A DNA stretch of 64,000 nt, taken from the NCBI GenBank assembly GCA_033810155.1, contig JAPXKJ010000003.1:24639-88638 (forward strand). Direction: 5' to 3'. This document shows, in pieces, positions 39,418-49,956 of this stretch (position 1 is the first letter of the stretch; each line of letters begins with the position of its first letter). Made by a program: the position numbers and the translations under genes. The notes beneath the pieces are model-generated. The model worked only from the letters and a program-made list of their open reading frames with translations, ran no database searches and had not been told where the DNA came from. The DNA is from Bacillota bacterium. Its GTDB lineage: Bacteria; Bacillota; Sulfobacillia; Fermentithermobacillales; Fermentithermobacillaceae.

Positions 39418-41434
39418 TGCGTTTACCTCTCAAGGATGGGATTTCTCCTCCGTATTGTTCTAGTTCAAACAGCATATCTCTTATGATCGCCGCCCTCTCG
39501 AACTCAAGATTTGCAGATGCTTCTTTCATCTCTTTCATTAGACTCTCAATAACCTCTGGGACTTGTTTCTTTGGAATATCTCTCAAATTCTTTTGTCTTA
39601 GGAGAGAATCCACTTTCTCTTCTTCCAGAGGTCTTTCGTGTGCGATTACATCGTGGATCTTTTTTTCTATGGTCTTAGGAACGATTCCGTGCTTTTCATT
39701 ATAGGCTCTTTGTTTGAATCTGCGTCTTTCGGTTTCGCGGATGGCTCTCTCCATGGACCCTGTTATAGTATCTGCATACATTATAACTTTTCCATTTACG
39801 TTTCGAGCTGCTCTACCCGTAGTTTGTATCAATGAAGTTTCGGATCTCAAAAACCCTTCTCGATCAGCGTCGAGTATACAGACGCGTGAAACCTCAGGCA
39901 AGTCAAGTCCTTCTCTTAGAAGGTTTATGCCTACTAAGACGTCAAAAACGCCAAGTCTCAAATCTCGAATTATCTCCATGCGCTCCAAAGTCTTTACGTC
40001 AGAGTGCATATAAGTCACTTTTATACCTAGCTCCCTGAGATATTCAGTTAGGTCTTCAGCCATGCGCTTGGTAAGGGTAGTCACCAAGACTCTCTCATTT
40101 CTAGAACATGCTTCCCGGATCTCGGAGACTAAATCATCTATTTGATTCGCAGTAGGTCTAATCTCTATCTCCGGATCGATGAGCCCTGTCGGGCGTACAA
40201 CCTGTTCTACTACCTGAGAAGCAACCTCCATTTCGAAAGGCCCTGGCGTAGCAGATACGTAAATCACCTGGCCCACTTTGGACATGAACTCATCGAAGGT
40301 AAGCGGCCTATTGTCGAAAGCCGAAGGAAGCCTGAATCCAAATTTGACTAAAGCCTCTTTGCGCGAGCGATCTCCCTCATACATCGCCCGAAGTTGTGGT
40401 ATTGTCACGTGAGATTCATCTATTACAACTAGGAAATCTTCCGGGAAAAAATCTAGTAGCGTATAAGGTGGCTGCCCCGGGAGCCTTTGAGTAAGGTGCC
40501 TAGAATAATTTTCGATACCCGGGCAATATCCCATCTCCTGGAGCATCTCCAAGTCAAATCTGGTCCTTTGCTCAAGCCTGTAAGCTTCGAGGATTTTGCC
40601 TTGGTCCCTCAATTCTCTCAGCCTTATCTCAAGCTCTTCCTCTATAGTCTTTATGGCGAGTGCCATTTTATCATCTTTCACTACATAGTGTTTAGCGGGA
40701 TAGATCATGACGTGATTCATCTCGGAAATGGCTCGCCCTGTAAGCACATCAAACTGCAGGATCCTTTCAACCTCGTCCCCAAAGAGCTCCACTCTTACAG
40801 CTGTATCAGTAGATCCTGCAGGATAGATCTCTATGGTATCACCACGCACCCTGAAGGTGCCTCGCCGAAAATCAATGTCGTTCCGGGTATACTGTATGTC
40901 TACCAGCCTACGCAAGATCTCTTCCCGTTCTTTCTGCATTCCCTTTCGTACCGAAAGCACAAGGTCTCTGTAGTCTTCAGGTGATCCCAAACCGTATATA
41001 CAGGACACGCTAGCCACGGTAAGGACGTCTCTGCGTTCAAACAAGGCACAGGTAGCTGAGTGTCTCAGTTTGTCGATCTCATCGTTAATCATGGCATCCT
41101 TTTCTATATAGGTGTCTGTCTGAGGAATGTATGCCTCCGGCTGATAGTAATCGTAGTAGCTGACGAAGTATTCAACCGCGTTGTCAGGGAAAAAAGCTTT
41201 GAACTCTGAAGCCAGCTGAGCGGCCAAGATCTTGTTGTGAGACACCACCAAAGTAGGGCGGTTGAGCCGTGCGACGACGTTGGCAATAGTAAACGTCTTG
41301 CCTGAGCCTGTAACCCCCAGCAAAACCTGGTGTCTATATCCCTTTTTCACACCGTAAACAAGGGCATTTATGGCTTCAGGCTGGTCTCCTTCTGGTCTAA
41401 AATCAGAAACTAATTTGAAATCTGGCAACTGCAT
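39404..41434 (-). CDS. uvrB: excinuclease ABC subunit B
   Basis: GVTGSGKT Walker A and helicase motifs. Start is ATG 41434 or GTG 41446. Confidence 0.9.
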   Translation of the reverse strand: MQLPDFKLVSDFRPEGDQPEAINALVYGVKKGYRHQVLLGVTGSGKTFTIANVVARLNRPTLVVSHNKILAAQLASEFKAFFPDNAVEYFVSYYDYYQPEAYIPQTDTYIEKDAMINDEIDKLRHSATCALFERRDVLTVASVSCIYGLGSPEDYRDLVLSVRKGMQKEREEILRRLVDIQYTRNDIDFRRGTFRVRGDTIEIYPAGSTDTAVRVELFGDEVERILQFDVLTGRAISEMNHVMIYPAKHYVVKDDKMALAIKTIEEELEIRLRELRDQGKILEAYRLEQRTRFDLEMLQEMGYCPGIENYSRHLTQRLPGQPPYTLLDFFPEDFLVVIDESHVTIPQLRAMYEGDRSRKEALVKFGFRLPSAFDNRPLTFDEFMSKVGQVIYVSATPGPFEMEVASQVVEQVVRPTGLIDPEIEIRPTANQIDDLVSEIREACSRNERVLVTTLTKRMAEDLTEYLRELGIKVTYMHSDVKTLERMEIIRDLRLGVFDVLVGINLLREGLDLPEVSRVCILDADREGFLRSETSLIQTTGRAARNVNGKVIMYADTITGSMERAIRETERRRFKQRAYNEKHGIVPKTIEKKIHDVIAHERPLEEEKVDSLLRQKNLRDIPKKQVPEVIESLMKEMKEASANLEFERAAIIRDMLFELEQYGGEIPSLRGKRNVPR

Positions 41435-41448
41435 TCCCCCATCCACTT

Positions 41449-41477
41449 ATTATAACCGGCGAGGGGTAGGCAATCAA
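41449..41477 (-). promoter_or_regulatory. sigma-A-type promoter of uvrB
   Basis: Minus strand TTGATT (41472..41477), 17-nt spacer, TATAAT (41449..41454), immediately upstream of the uvrB start. Confidence 0.45.
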
Positions 41478-41503
41478 ATGTTCTATATGGGGCCAAATAT
41501 GAG

Positions 41504-41540
41504 AATAGACTTGGCAAGTAGACAAGTCTCGATGGGACAA
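41504..41540 (-). terminator. putative terminator ending the ftsE..PDZ-protein transcription unit
   Basis: Minus RNA AGACUUG-UCUACUUGC-CAAGUCU followed by AUUCUCAUAUUU, 22 nt after the stop at 41562. Confidence 0.35.
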
Positions 41541-41561
41541 ACAGAGGTTCCATAGGAATTA

Positions 41562-42857
41562 CTACTTAGTGTCAGCAGATCTAGCTTGCATTTTCCCTAG
41601 CATTTTCTTTATGAAAGTAACCACGATTCCCTCGTTGTATTGGCTCACCATTGGCTCGTCTCCCGGCTCTGGAACAAAAATTATCCCTATGGGTTCGCCA
41701 CGGACTATTCGGATGTCAGTGTGAAGCGTTTCAACTCGACCGTCCTGACCTTGTCTCTCGATAGTCACGACTACGCTTTCTGATTCAGAAAACTCAACAA
41801 GTTGCAAAAACTCATGCCTGGAATCAATTCCGCAACCATCAACTGAGACTATTATATCCCCAGTCCTTATTCCCGATTTTTCTGCCGGACTGCCGTGGAC
41901 AACATCGAGGACCATTGCCCCTTTCTCCGGGGGAACATAGATGGGAGGATTTTCAAACTCTTCTTTGAGCCCTTTCTTAATCACGAGTTCATGGCCAATT
42001 GGCGAAAATAGCGCCGCGACCCAGGCAAACAAAGGCCACCGCGACGCCATAATAGAGAAAATCAGTAGGACCATGCTAAAAAGCATCAACGTCTTCGACG
42101 TGCTTATAGACTTATCTTTGGGATTTGAGGCAACGGCGATATCACCGTAGCCTAGGGCAGCAATTACAGGCATCATCGCAAAAATCATGTGTTCGGTACT
42201 TAAGTCGCCTGGTGTCCTTATCAAAGGCCACCAATCTGGAAGATAAATCAGATCCTGAATGTCAGAGATAAAAGGCGCTTGTATAAGGAATAAAACGATC
42301 AGGGGAATGGGCCAAAACCGCTGAAGCGCAAAGCCGCCGACTACCTTTCCGTCCTTACTCGAAACATAAAAAGGGGTAGAACATGAATGCCCCGATATCC
42401 ATATAAGAAAGGCTTCTGCAGCATGAAGACATGCAACAAGGCCCATCACTGACGGCACGTTTATCTTGGGCCATCCAAATAAAAGGTAGCTAAGACTGGC
42501 AAGACCACCAGCGTATGAGTAACATACAAACCTCGGGCTCACTAGAAAAAGTAGCAGAGCAAGCGGGAAAAGATAACCTATCCCGCTGTCACTAACGGAC
42601 ACCCCAACTATGACCAAAAGGAGGCTTGCAAACAGTCCTCCCACTAATCCAAGGCCGATGGCGTAAAGAGTATTGCCAAACGCCTTGTTTTTTGCGGTGC
42701 CGTATAGTTTCTCTTCTATCGACTGTATCTTGCGATACTGAACTGTCACAAGAACCAACACGACCAGATACAAACCGTCTACCACAGGATTGCCAAATAT
42801 GCTCGGGTAAGAACGGATAACTGAACCAACCAGTTCAATCAATGGGTCCACGCACAT
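41562..42857 (-). CDS. polytopic membrane protein with a C-terminal PDZ domain
   Basis: Multiple TM helices, then VVHGSPAEKSGIRTGDIIVSVDG, a PDZ GLGF-like motif. Confidence 0.6.
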   Translation of the reverse strand: MCVDPLIELVGSVIRSYPSIFGNPVVDGLYLVVLVLVTVQYRKIQSIEEKLYGTAKNKAFGNTLYAIGLGLVGGLFASLLLVIVGVSVSDSGIGYLFPLALLLFLVSPRFVCYSYAGGLASLSYLLFGWPKINVPSVMGLVACLHAAEAFLIWISGHSCSTPFYVSSKDGKVVGGFALQRFWPIPLIVLFLIQAPFISDIQDLIYLPDWWPLIRTPGDLSTEHMIFAMMPVIAALGYGDIAVASNPKDKSISTSKTLMLFSMVLLIFSIMASRWPLFAWVAALFSPIGHELVIKKGLKEEFENPPIYVPPEKGAMVLDVVHGSPAEKSGIRTGDIIVSVDGCGIDSRHEFLQLVEFSESESVVVTIERQGQDGRVETLHTDIRIVRGEPIGIIFVPEPGDEPMVSQYNEGIVVTFIKKMLGKMQARSADTK

Positions 42858-42886
42858 TCCCCTCTCGTATTTGAACCAAACACAAG

Positions 42887-44011
42887 CTAGAACGTCTTTT
42901 CGATCTCGGCCTTCGCAAGTTCCAGTGCTTTTGCAAGCTGCTCTTCGTCCCCTTCTACCATTACATCCGGTTCGAGCCCTATTCCGTGAATGGAACGTCC
43001 CTTGGGAGTCAAATATTCGGCTATGGTGACTTTGACGTAGGAACCATCCCTTAGCTCATATGAATTCTGTACCAAACCTTTCCCGAATGTAGTCTTGCCC
43101 ACTAAAGTACCTACCTCATGATCCTGTATGGCTCCTGCCAGGATTTCGGAAGCGCTTGCAGTGCCCTCGTTAACCAGGACAACAAGGGGCATTCCCAATC
43201 CCGTACCCGATGAATTGAAACTCGTCTTCTCAAACTTCCTTCCACTGATAGTGACAACGGTTCCCTTGGGAACAAACAAGTTCGCAATATCTATGCACTT
43301 ATCCAAAAGGCCTCCACCGTTATAGCGGAGATCGAGTACTATGGCCTGAGCGCCCTGGGCTTTTAGCTCCTTCAGCGCCTGAGAAGTCTCTACAGCCGCA
43401 TTCTCGCTAAAAGTTATTAGTTCGATGTAGCCAATGGTATCGTCTTTCATCTCATAGTTTACAGCAGGAATAACGATGTTTTCTCTCACGAGCGAAAACT
43501 CAAGGATCTCACCGTCACGATATATGGTGATACTCACTTCGGTTCCAGCAGGACCTCTTATGAGTGCCGCGGCTTCGTCGCTAGTAAAAATATCCTTGCC
43601 GTTTACGCTGAGGATAACATCGTTTGCTTTGATGCCGGCTTTATCGGCAGGTGTTCCTTTCATTGGCGCTACGATAGTGACTTTCCCATCTTTTACCCCT
43701 ATAGTAATACCGACGCCAGAGTACTCACCGCTAGTCGTTATGTAAAACTCAGTCCACTCTTGCTTAGTCATGTATGTGGTGTACGGATCGCCAAGAGCTG
43801 ACACGACTCCCCGAGGAGCGCCTTCCATCAGACTAGTTTTGTCAAAATCCTTGTAATACGCTTGGTCTAAGACTCTTTGCACCTCATATACCTTTGCTAT
43901 AGGAGTATATCTGACCACAAAATACGAACATAATCCAACCGTAACCATAATTGATATAACGGCTGTAATAATGCACAGTCTCAGAGTTCTTCGATTAGAT
44001 TTAGCTTCCAT
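42887..44011 (-). CDS. ctpA: S41 family carboxyl-terminal processing protease
   Basis: N-terminal TM, a PDZ domain, then the S41 catalytic region GTASASEILAGA...K. Confidence 0.8.
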   Translation of the reverse strand: MEAKSNRRTLRLCIITAVISIMVTVGLCSYFVVRYTPIAKVYEVQRVLDQAYYKDFDKTSLMEGAPRGVVSALGDPYTTYMTKQEWTEFYITTSGEYSGVGITIGVKDGKVTIVAPMKGTPADKAGIKANDVILSVNGKDIFTSDEAAALIRGPAGTEVSITIYRDGEILEFSLVRENIVIPAVNYEMKDDTIGYIELITFSENAAVETSQALKELKAQGAQAIVLDLRYNGGGLLDKCIDIANLFVPKGTVVTISGRKFEKTSFNSSGTGLGMPLVVLVNEGTASASEILAGAIQDHEVGTLVGKTTFGKGLVQNSYELRDGSYVKVTIAEYLTPKGRSIHGIGLEPDVMVEGDEEQLAKALELAKAEIEKTF

Positions 44012-44216
44012 ATAAAGCCACCGCCGTTCTTTCCTTTATTCAATCGAACCCACACATAACATTCAGATCTGGTCTACTTATGAAGCGTCATACTCAGTCT
44101 AGCATATTCAAGACGAAACTGCTTATCCCAGTTGCTATGCAAGTCTCTACAAAAGGCTTGCACACCGACTTAGATAAGCAGCGCTTACGTTTGCGTCTAG
44201 AAATACCCTATGTGAC

Positions 44217-45380
44217 CTAAAAGGACACCCAGTTCTTGGGATTATCCGTAACACCCTTAACACGTACCTCAAAGTGTAGGTGGGGACCCGTGGACACTCC
44301 GGTGCTCCCAGCCAAGGCAATCGTTTGTCCTCTTGTGACCACATCTCCAACTTTTACTAACAGTTTAGAGGCATGACCATAGAGGGTTGAGATGCTGCCA
44401 CCATGGTCAATAATCACACAGAGCCCATATCCGCCATTTGAACCCGACAGGATAACTGTCCCATCTTCCGCAGCCTTTATAGGAGTACCGCTATTTACGG
44501 CAATATCTATGCCGGAATGCCATTTGTACTTCCCCAAAAGAGGATGCCACCTGTTGCCGTAGTCGGAGCTTATCCATCCTCCTGAGACCGGCCGTATCAT
44601 GGACAGGCCCTCAGGTTTCTCTCGCTGATGACCTTGTGCCTGAAGATCTATGATTACCTGTTCCAGAGCTTTGGACTCACGTTCCATTTCGTCGAGAGTT
44701 TCTTCAAGTTTTTGCCTGTCTTGCTGTAGTTGCGCAAGATATCTCTCTCTATCTGTGCTTCGAGATGCAACGGCCGCTCTTTTCTGCTCCTCTTGTCTTT
44801 TTGACCAGGTTATATCGTTAAGATCTTTCTCAAGTGTTGCTTTTTTCTCATCCAACGCAACCTTCATGGCCTCATATTCTTCGATAAGGCGGACATCGTC
44901 CTGGGCAACCTCGCGAAGGTAGTACAACCTAGCCGTAAAATCCGAAATGCTATCTGAGTTCAACAATATCTCCAAGTAGGACATTCTCCCGGCTTTGTAC
45001 ATAGTTACTAGTCTCTCGTCAAAAAGGCCCTTTTGCTCAGCTATCTTGTTTTCCATCGCTTCAATCTCTTTTTTTGTTTCGTTTATTCTTCCGTTGAGAT
45101 ATTCAATTCTAGCTACCATGTACGCAAGTTCTTTCTCCGACAAAGTCAGTTCCATTTCTAACTTTTCCAGTTCTTTCAACACGGAACTCTCTGAACGCCG
45201 TTTGGACTCAATCTGTTTTTGATACTCCTCAATCTCCTTTTGCATCCGCTCAAGTTCCGAATACTTGTCGTCCAAAATACCGGCTTTTGCAACATTAAGG
45301 TATGGGATAAAAGCCAAGCATAAAGCAGCTATCACGGCGAATGCGATAATGCTTTTGCATTTGTACCTGCCTTTCTCCAT
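44217..45380 (-). CDS. coiled-coil M23 family metallopeptidase (EnvC-like murein hydrolase activator)
   Basis: Long N-terminal coiled coil and a C-terminal HxGID...GSTGVSTGPHLHFE M23 domain. Lies downstream of ftsEX. Confidence 0.75.
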   Translation of the reverse strand: MEKGRYKCKSIIAFAVIAALCLAFIPYLNVAKAGILDDKYSELERMQKEIEEYQKQIESKRRSESSVLKELEKLEMELTLSEKELAYMVARIEYLNGRINETKKEIEAMENKIAEQKGLFDERLVTMYKAGRMSYLEILLNSDSISDFTARLYYLREVAQDDVRLIEEYEAMKVALDEKKATLEKDLNDITWSKRQEEQKRAAVASRSTDRERYLAQLQQDRQKLEETLDEMERESKALEQVIIDLQAQGHQREKPEGLSMIRPVSGGWISSDYGNRWHPLLGKYKWHSGIDIAVNSGTPIKAAEDGTVILSGSNGGYGLCVIIDHGGSISTLYGHASKLLVKVGDVVTRGQTIALAGSTGVSTGPHLHFEVRVKGVTDNPKNWVSF

Positions 45381-45398
45381 AGCAAAACCCCCTAACGA

Positions 45399-46283
45399 CT
45401 ACACTTTCAAATGTCTTCGGACTGAAAGGACCGAACCCGCCGCACCGACTACAATTCCAGTGATCGCCATTATCCCGAACATCTGCAGTGTTGACTGGGT
45501 ATCAAGCACATACATAGGTATAAATGGTATGAATTCATAGAGCCTCTCAAAAAGCCAATTGTAAATGCCAACTGCAAAGAAGGCACCCAAAATGCTCCCA
45601 AATACACCTATTACTACTCCTTCAAGTATAAAGGGACCTACAACGAATCCATCCGTAGCACCCACAAGCTTCATCACCGCAATTTCGTGCCGCCTGGAAT
45701 CGATTGTCAGCCTGATCGAATTCCCTATAACCATTATTGAAACTGCCCCTACTGCAACCATACCTCCGAGAGACACATACTGAATAGCCCGACCAATTGA
45801 CATCATTCGCCTCGAAACTTCTTCTTGGTAGATAACATCGTCTATGATATCAAGAGTCTGAATTTCAGCCACAACGGCATCGATTTCATCTACACCGGTA
45901 GTTTTCACCCTTATGCTTGCAGGCAAAGGATTCTCTTCTTTCAAAGAATCGAGCACAGACGCCTTATCTTTGAACATTAATTTCAACTCTTCGAGAGCAT
46001 CTTCCTTGCTCACATACTTTACAGTGCTAACACCAGGCATTCCTTGCACACGCTCAACTGCCGTAGAAATCTGTTCAGCCGAGGCATCTTTTATGATATA
46101 GGCCTGGATTTCCATCTGCTGTTCCGCCACGGTGTAGATATATCCTAAGTTAACGCTAACCAAGAAACTGATCCCGAGCAGAAACAACGCAAAACCTGTT
46201 GTTAAAGACGAGAGAAATGACGAAAATTTGCTACGCCATAGGCTCCTAAAAGCCTCAGAGAATACATATCCTATGAACCTCAA
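45399..46283 (-). CDS. ftsX: cell division ABC transporter permease FtsX
   Basis: Four-TM FtsX topology. Overlaps the ftsE stop. Confidence 0.8.
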   Translation of the reverse strand: MRFIGYVFSEAFRSLWRSKFSSFLSSLTTGFALFLLGISFLVSVNLGYIYTVAEQQMEIQAYIIKDASAEQISTAVERVQGMPGVSTVKYVSKEDALEELKLMFKDKASVLDSLKEENPLPASIRVKTTGVDEIDAVVAEIQTLDIIDDVIYQEEVSRRMMSIGRAIQYVSLGGMVAVGAVSIMVIGNSIRLTIDSRRHEIAVMKLVGATDGFVVGPFILEGVVIGVFGSILGAFFAVGIYNWLFERLYEFIPFIPMYVLDTQSTLQMFGIMAITGIVVGAAGSVLSVRRHLKV

Positions 46284-46969
46284 GAACTATACGCCCCTCT
46301 TCTCTCGTCACGTACAACTGTGCCGTTTCTGAGTTCGATCACTCTCTTCTTGAAGAGGTTAACCATATCCTGTGCATGAGTCGCGACTACAACAGTCGTG
46401 CCGTACATGTTGGCACGCTCGAGAAGGCTAAAAATCTCGTGAGCCGTCTTGGGATCCAAATTGCCGGAAGGTTCATCTGCCAAAAGAACATCGGGATTTC
46501 GGACAAGCGCCCTGGCAATGGCAATTCTCTGCTGCTCTCCCCCGGATAGCTCATTGGGATAAGCGTCTCTTCTGTCCTTTAAGCCAACTAGATTCAGAAC
46601 CTGGGCGACCCTTTTCTTGATCTCGCGTGTAGGCGTGCCCGTAACTTCCAGAGCAAAGGATATATTCTCTCCAATTGTCTTATCCTCAAGCAGTTTGAAG
46701 TCTTGGAATACTACACCTATGCGCCGTCTAAGAAAAGGAATCTCCCTTCGCCGAATCTTCGTCAAATCTTTTCCCAATACCACAACTTGACCAGTAGACG
46801 GTGTTTCTTCTCTGTACAATAGTTTTATGAGAGTAGACTTACCTGCGCCACTCGGACCCACGATAAACACAAACTCACCCTTGTCTATGGCAAGAGTTAC
46901 CGATTCCAGAGCTTTGGCGCTACGCCCATAATCTTTGGACACATTCCTCAAGCTAATCAAAATAGTCAC
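46280..46969 (-). CDS. ftsE: cell division ATP-binding protein FtsE
   Basis: GPSGAGKST Walker A, LSGGEQQR signature and a Walker B. Confidence 0.9.
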   Translation of the reverse strand: MTILISLRNVSKDYGRSAKALESVTLAIDKGEFVFIVGPSGAGKSTLIKLLYREETPSTGQVVVLGKDLTKIRRREIPFLRRRIGVVFQDFKLLEDKTIGENISFALEVTGTPTREIKKRVAQVLNLVGLKDRRDAYPNELSGGEQQRIAIARALVRNPDVLLADEPSGNLDPKTAHEIFSLLERANMYGTTVVVATHAQDMVNLFKKRVIELRNGTVVRDERRGAYSS

Positions 46970-47086
46970 CTGCCATCACAACGCAACAAAAGCTGCCTTA
47001 TGCTTGTACACTAATATTTCGACACGATTTCGGCACATCCTGTTCCCAGAAACGGCTAATACGCGCCCTTATGAAAAAAACTGCCC

Positions 47087-48088
47087 TCAGGTTTGAAGAA
47101 AGGCCCTTGCTTCTTCACAGAACTTCTCTGCCGTAAGTCCGTAGGCTTCCATAAGTTCCTTAGCCGACCCCGACTGCCCAAATTCATCGTTTACACCCAG
47201 ACGCATTACAGGCATAGGATGAATCCTACTCAGCGTTTCACATACTGCGCTACCTAGACCGCCGATTATGTTATGTTCCTCGCAAGTTATAATCATCCGA
47301 CTGCAAGCAGCCGCTTTTCTTAGCAACTCTACGTCGATAGGTTTTACGCACGCCATGTCTATCAAAAGACATGATATACCTTCGTCTTCAAGAGTCTGAG
47401 CAGCTTGCAAAGCAGGCAGAACCGTAACCCCACACGCTACAAAACAGACATCGAAAGGTGCCTCCTCTGGATCTGAACCTAATTTCCCCTCTATAAGGTC
47501 ATCGATGGAACCTTCTGACAATTGAGGCCATAAGACTGTCCCTTTTCCGATTTCAAAACTATGATTTGGCTTAAGTATAGGAGACACTTTCTCCCTGCCC
47601 AGCCTAATATAGACTGGCCCTTCATGGGCAGCAGCCGCTCTTACAGCGAGATGCGTTTCCCGGGCGTCGCAGGGCACTATGACGACCATTCCAGGAATCA
47701 CCCTCATAAGAGCAATATCCTCCAAGGCTTGATGAGATGCCCCGTCAGGGCCTACAGTAAGTCCCCCGTGAGATGCCACTATCTTCACATTGAAACCAGG
47801 ATATGCGATAGATTGCCGTACTTGATCGTATGCCCTGCCACTTGCAAATACAGCAAACGTTGACACAAATGGGATCTTCCCCGACCGTGCAAGCCCTGCC
47901 GCTATTCCCATCATATTGGCTTCGGCTATTCCCACGTTAAAAAACCGCTCGGGAAACGCTTTTGCAAATTCAGATGTTTTTGTAGAGGAGGACAAGTCTG
48001 CGTCAAGAACGCAAATATCAGGATTCTCCTTGCCTAATTCAACTAGGGTTTCACCGTAAGCGTCCCTTGTTGCTTTCATCTCCGATAC
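47087..48088 (-). CDS. transketolase, C-terminal section (split transketolase)
   Basis: Pyrimidine-binding and C-terminal domains. Start assigned to ATG 48088 (GAGGGTGAAGGGAGA RBS); the track's upstream extension is unsupported. Confidence 0.8.
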   Translation of the reverse strand, partial: VSEMKATRDAYGETLVELGKENPDICVLDADLSSSTKTSEFAKAFPERFFNVGIAEANMMGIAAGLARSGKIPFVSTFAVFASGRAYDQVRQSIAYPGFNVKIVASHGGLTVGPDGASHQALEDIALMRVIPGMVVIVPCDARETHLAVRAAAAHEGPVYIRLGREKVSPILKPNHSFEIGKGTVLWPQLSEGSIDDLIEGKLGSDPEEAPFDVCFVACGVTVLPALQAAQTLEDEGISCLLIDMACVKPIDVELLRKAAACSRMIITCEEHNIIGGLGSAVCETLSRIHPMPVMRLGVNDEFGQSGSAKELMEAYGLTAEKFCEEARAFLQT

Positions 48089-48148
48089 CTCGGACATTCT
48101 CCCTTCACCCTCGTGAACATTAATTCGGTAGATACAACATAGCACGAG

Positions 48149-49003
48149 TTAGATTTCTCGGCTCATCAATTCTTCAATCGCTTTCGCTGCTTCTTGTGGA
48201 CTCGGAGCTTTTCCATGCCATTCTCTCTTATTCTCCATGAAACTCACTCCCTTGCCCTTTACAGTCTCGGCAATTACAACCGAAGGGCGCCCTTTAGTCA
48301 TTCGGGCTTTGCCAAAAGCACTGAGAAGACTAATAGGATTGTGTCCGTCTGCCGAAAGCACGTTCCAACCAAATGCTTCAAACTTCTCAGACAAAGGCTC
48401 TGGGCACATTACATCCTCAATCCTGCCATCTATCTGAAGGTGATTGTGATCCACTATTGCCACGAGGTTATCTAGTCCGTAGTGATGACCTGCCATCGCG
48501 GCCTCCCAGACTTGACCTTCCTGGCATTCGCCATCTCCTAACAATACCCAGACCATGTACTGCTTACTATCCAATTTGCCCGAAAGAGCCATTCCAACTC
48601 CCATAGACAGGCCCTGACCCAAGGAACCCGTTGAGACTTCTACACCTGGCACTTTGCGACAGTCCGGATGCCCTTGCAGGGGCGAACCTAACTGCCTGAG
48701 TGTGGGCAAGAGATCTTTTGAAAAATAACCTTTCTCGGCCAAAACCGCATAAAGCGCAGGGGCAGCATGACCCTTGGAAAGAATGAACCTATCTCTATCG
48801 GGCCACAAAGGCTCATCAGGTTTCACGTTGAGCACCCCGCCAAAATATAACGTGCTCAATATATCTGCCGATGACAAAGACCCACCGGGATGACCCGAGC
48901 CCGCTTTGGATGTCATCTGTATTACATTGACCCTAATTTCTCTTGCCTTTTCTTTTACTAACTGAACTATCTTCTCCATGCTTTCGGTTGGGGATTCCTG
49001 CAT
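48149..49003 (-). CDS. transketolase, N-terminal (TPP-binding) section
   Basis: GSGHPGGSLS...GDGE...GHH thiamine-diphosphate motifs in 284 aa. Confidence 0.8.
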   Translation of the reverse strand: MQESPTESMEKIVQLVKEKAREIRVNVIQMTSKAGSGHPGGSLSSADILSTLYFGGVLNVKPDEPLWPDRDRFILSKGHAAPALYAVLAEKGYFSKDLLPTLRQLGSPLQGHPDCRKVPGVEVSTGSLGQGLSMGVGMALSGKLDSKQYMVWVLLGDGECQEGQVWEAAMAGHHYGLDNLVAIVDHNHLQIDGRIEDVMCPEPLSEKFEAFGWNVLSADGHNPISLLSAFGKARMTKGRPSVVIAETVKGKGVSFMENKREWHGKAPSPQEAAKAIEELMSREI

Positions 49004-49034
49004 CGTCTAGCCCTCCATCTTGCCTTTTCCCTTT

Positions 49035-49754
49035 TTACTCTTTGCCGCTCACAAGGATCTTAAGTACAAACTGCAAAAGCAAAGCATCTTGTTTTATCCT
49101 GCTCGGTTCCAGAATCAGCCGGTACAACCATTCCAAGCCTAGGTTCTGTATAATCTCCGGAGCTCTCTTCTTCTCTCCTGCCAATACATCGAAAACCCCA
49201 CCTACTCCTATGCCTACTTTGGCACCCAATTCACTTTTATACTTCCATATGAATTTCTCCTGCTTAGGAGAACCCATGGCACAAAGCAAGAGGTCAGCTT
49301 CTGTTTCCCTAATAGCCTGTACGATTCTAGGCTCCTCTTCCGGGGAAAAATATCCGTGATGGGTCCCACATATCCTAACCCCGGGGAACAGTTCCTTAGC
49401 CTTTTGAGCCGCTTTCTCTGCTACTTCTTCTTTCCCACCAAGGAAAAAAACCTTAGGCGAGACTTCTGAACCTAGCAAGCCATAAGCCAATTCTACACCT
49501 GTTACTCTGTCAGGCAAATCCACGCCCTTCCTACGAGCTGCCCAGAGGATTCCTACACCGTCGGGAACGATTAAATCGGCAGATCGGAGTATCTGCATAA
49601 ACTCAGCGTCCTTTTGAGCAGTCATCACCATTATAGGATTAGCCGTGACAATGATCTTTGTACGACCGTCGTTCTGAGAGAACATCCCCTCTATAGTGCT
49701 TAACGCCCCTTGAAGCGTAACAGGACTAAACTCAACTCCAAGAATATTGACCAA
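49035..49754 (-). CDS. tagA: WecB/TagA/CpsF family glycosyltransferase
   Basis: 239-aa protein with the family-typical ...GVGILW...FFLGG... core. Confidence 0.7.
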   Translation of the reverse strand: MVNILGVEFSPVTLQGALSTIEGMFSQNDGRTKIIVTANPIMVMTAQKDAEFMQILRSADLIVPDGVGILWAARRKGVDLPDRVTGVELAYGLLGSEVSPKVFFLGGKEEVAEKAAQKAKELFPGVRICGTHHGYFSPEEEPRIVQAIRETEADLLLCAMGSPKQEKFIWKYKSELGAKVGIGVGGVFDVLAGEKKRAPEIIQNLGLEWLYRLILEPSRIKQDALLLQFVLKILVSGKE

Positions 49755-49956
49755 CCTAACCTCACCCTTTTCAGTGTAACACGGAGACGATTCTCGTGAA
49801 CCAACTTCGGCTCTTTTTGCCGAATACCTGTTTAAAGATACAACCCTTCCTTAAGGGTATCTTTTTTTGTTATGATTCAAAAAGACTTGATTTAATGTTT
49901 GTGCTGTAAATAATGAATTGTAACCTGGACCATGCAAGAAAACGAGGTGCGGACGT

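Noticed and set aside
41440-41500. LexA (Cheo) box upstream of uvrB
   Set aside because: Only a GAACATTTGATT half-match is present. It lacks the GTTC second half-site of GAAC-N4-GTTC.
44147-44350. 67-aa ORF spanning the ctpA/M23 intergenic region
   Set aside because: It overlaps the M23 peptidase 3' end, has no RBS and is Arg/Leu-rich. The region is better explained by an RNA hairpin.
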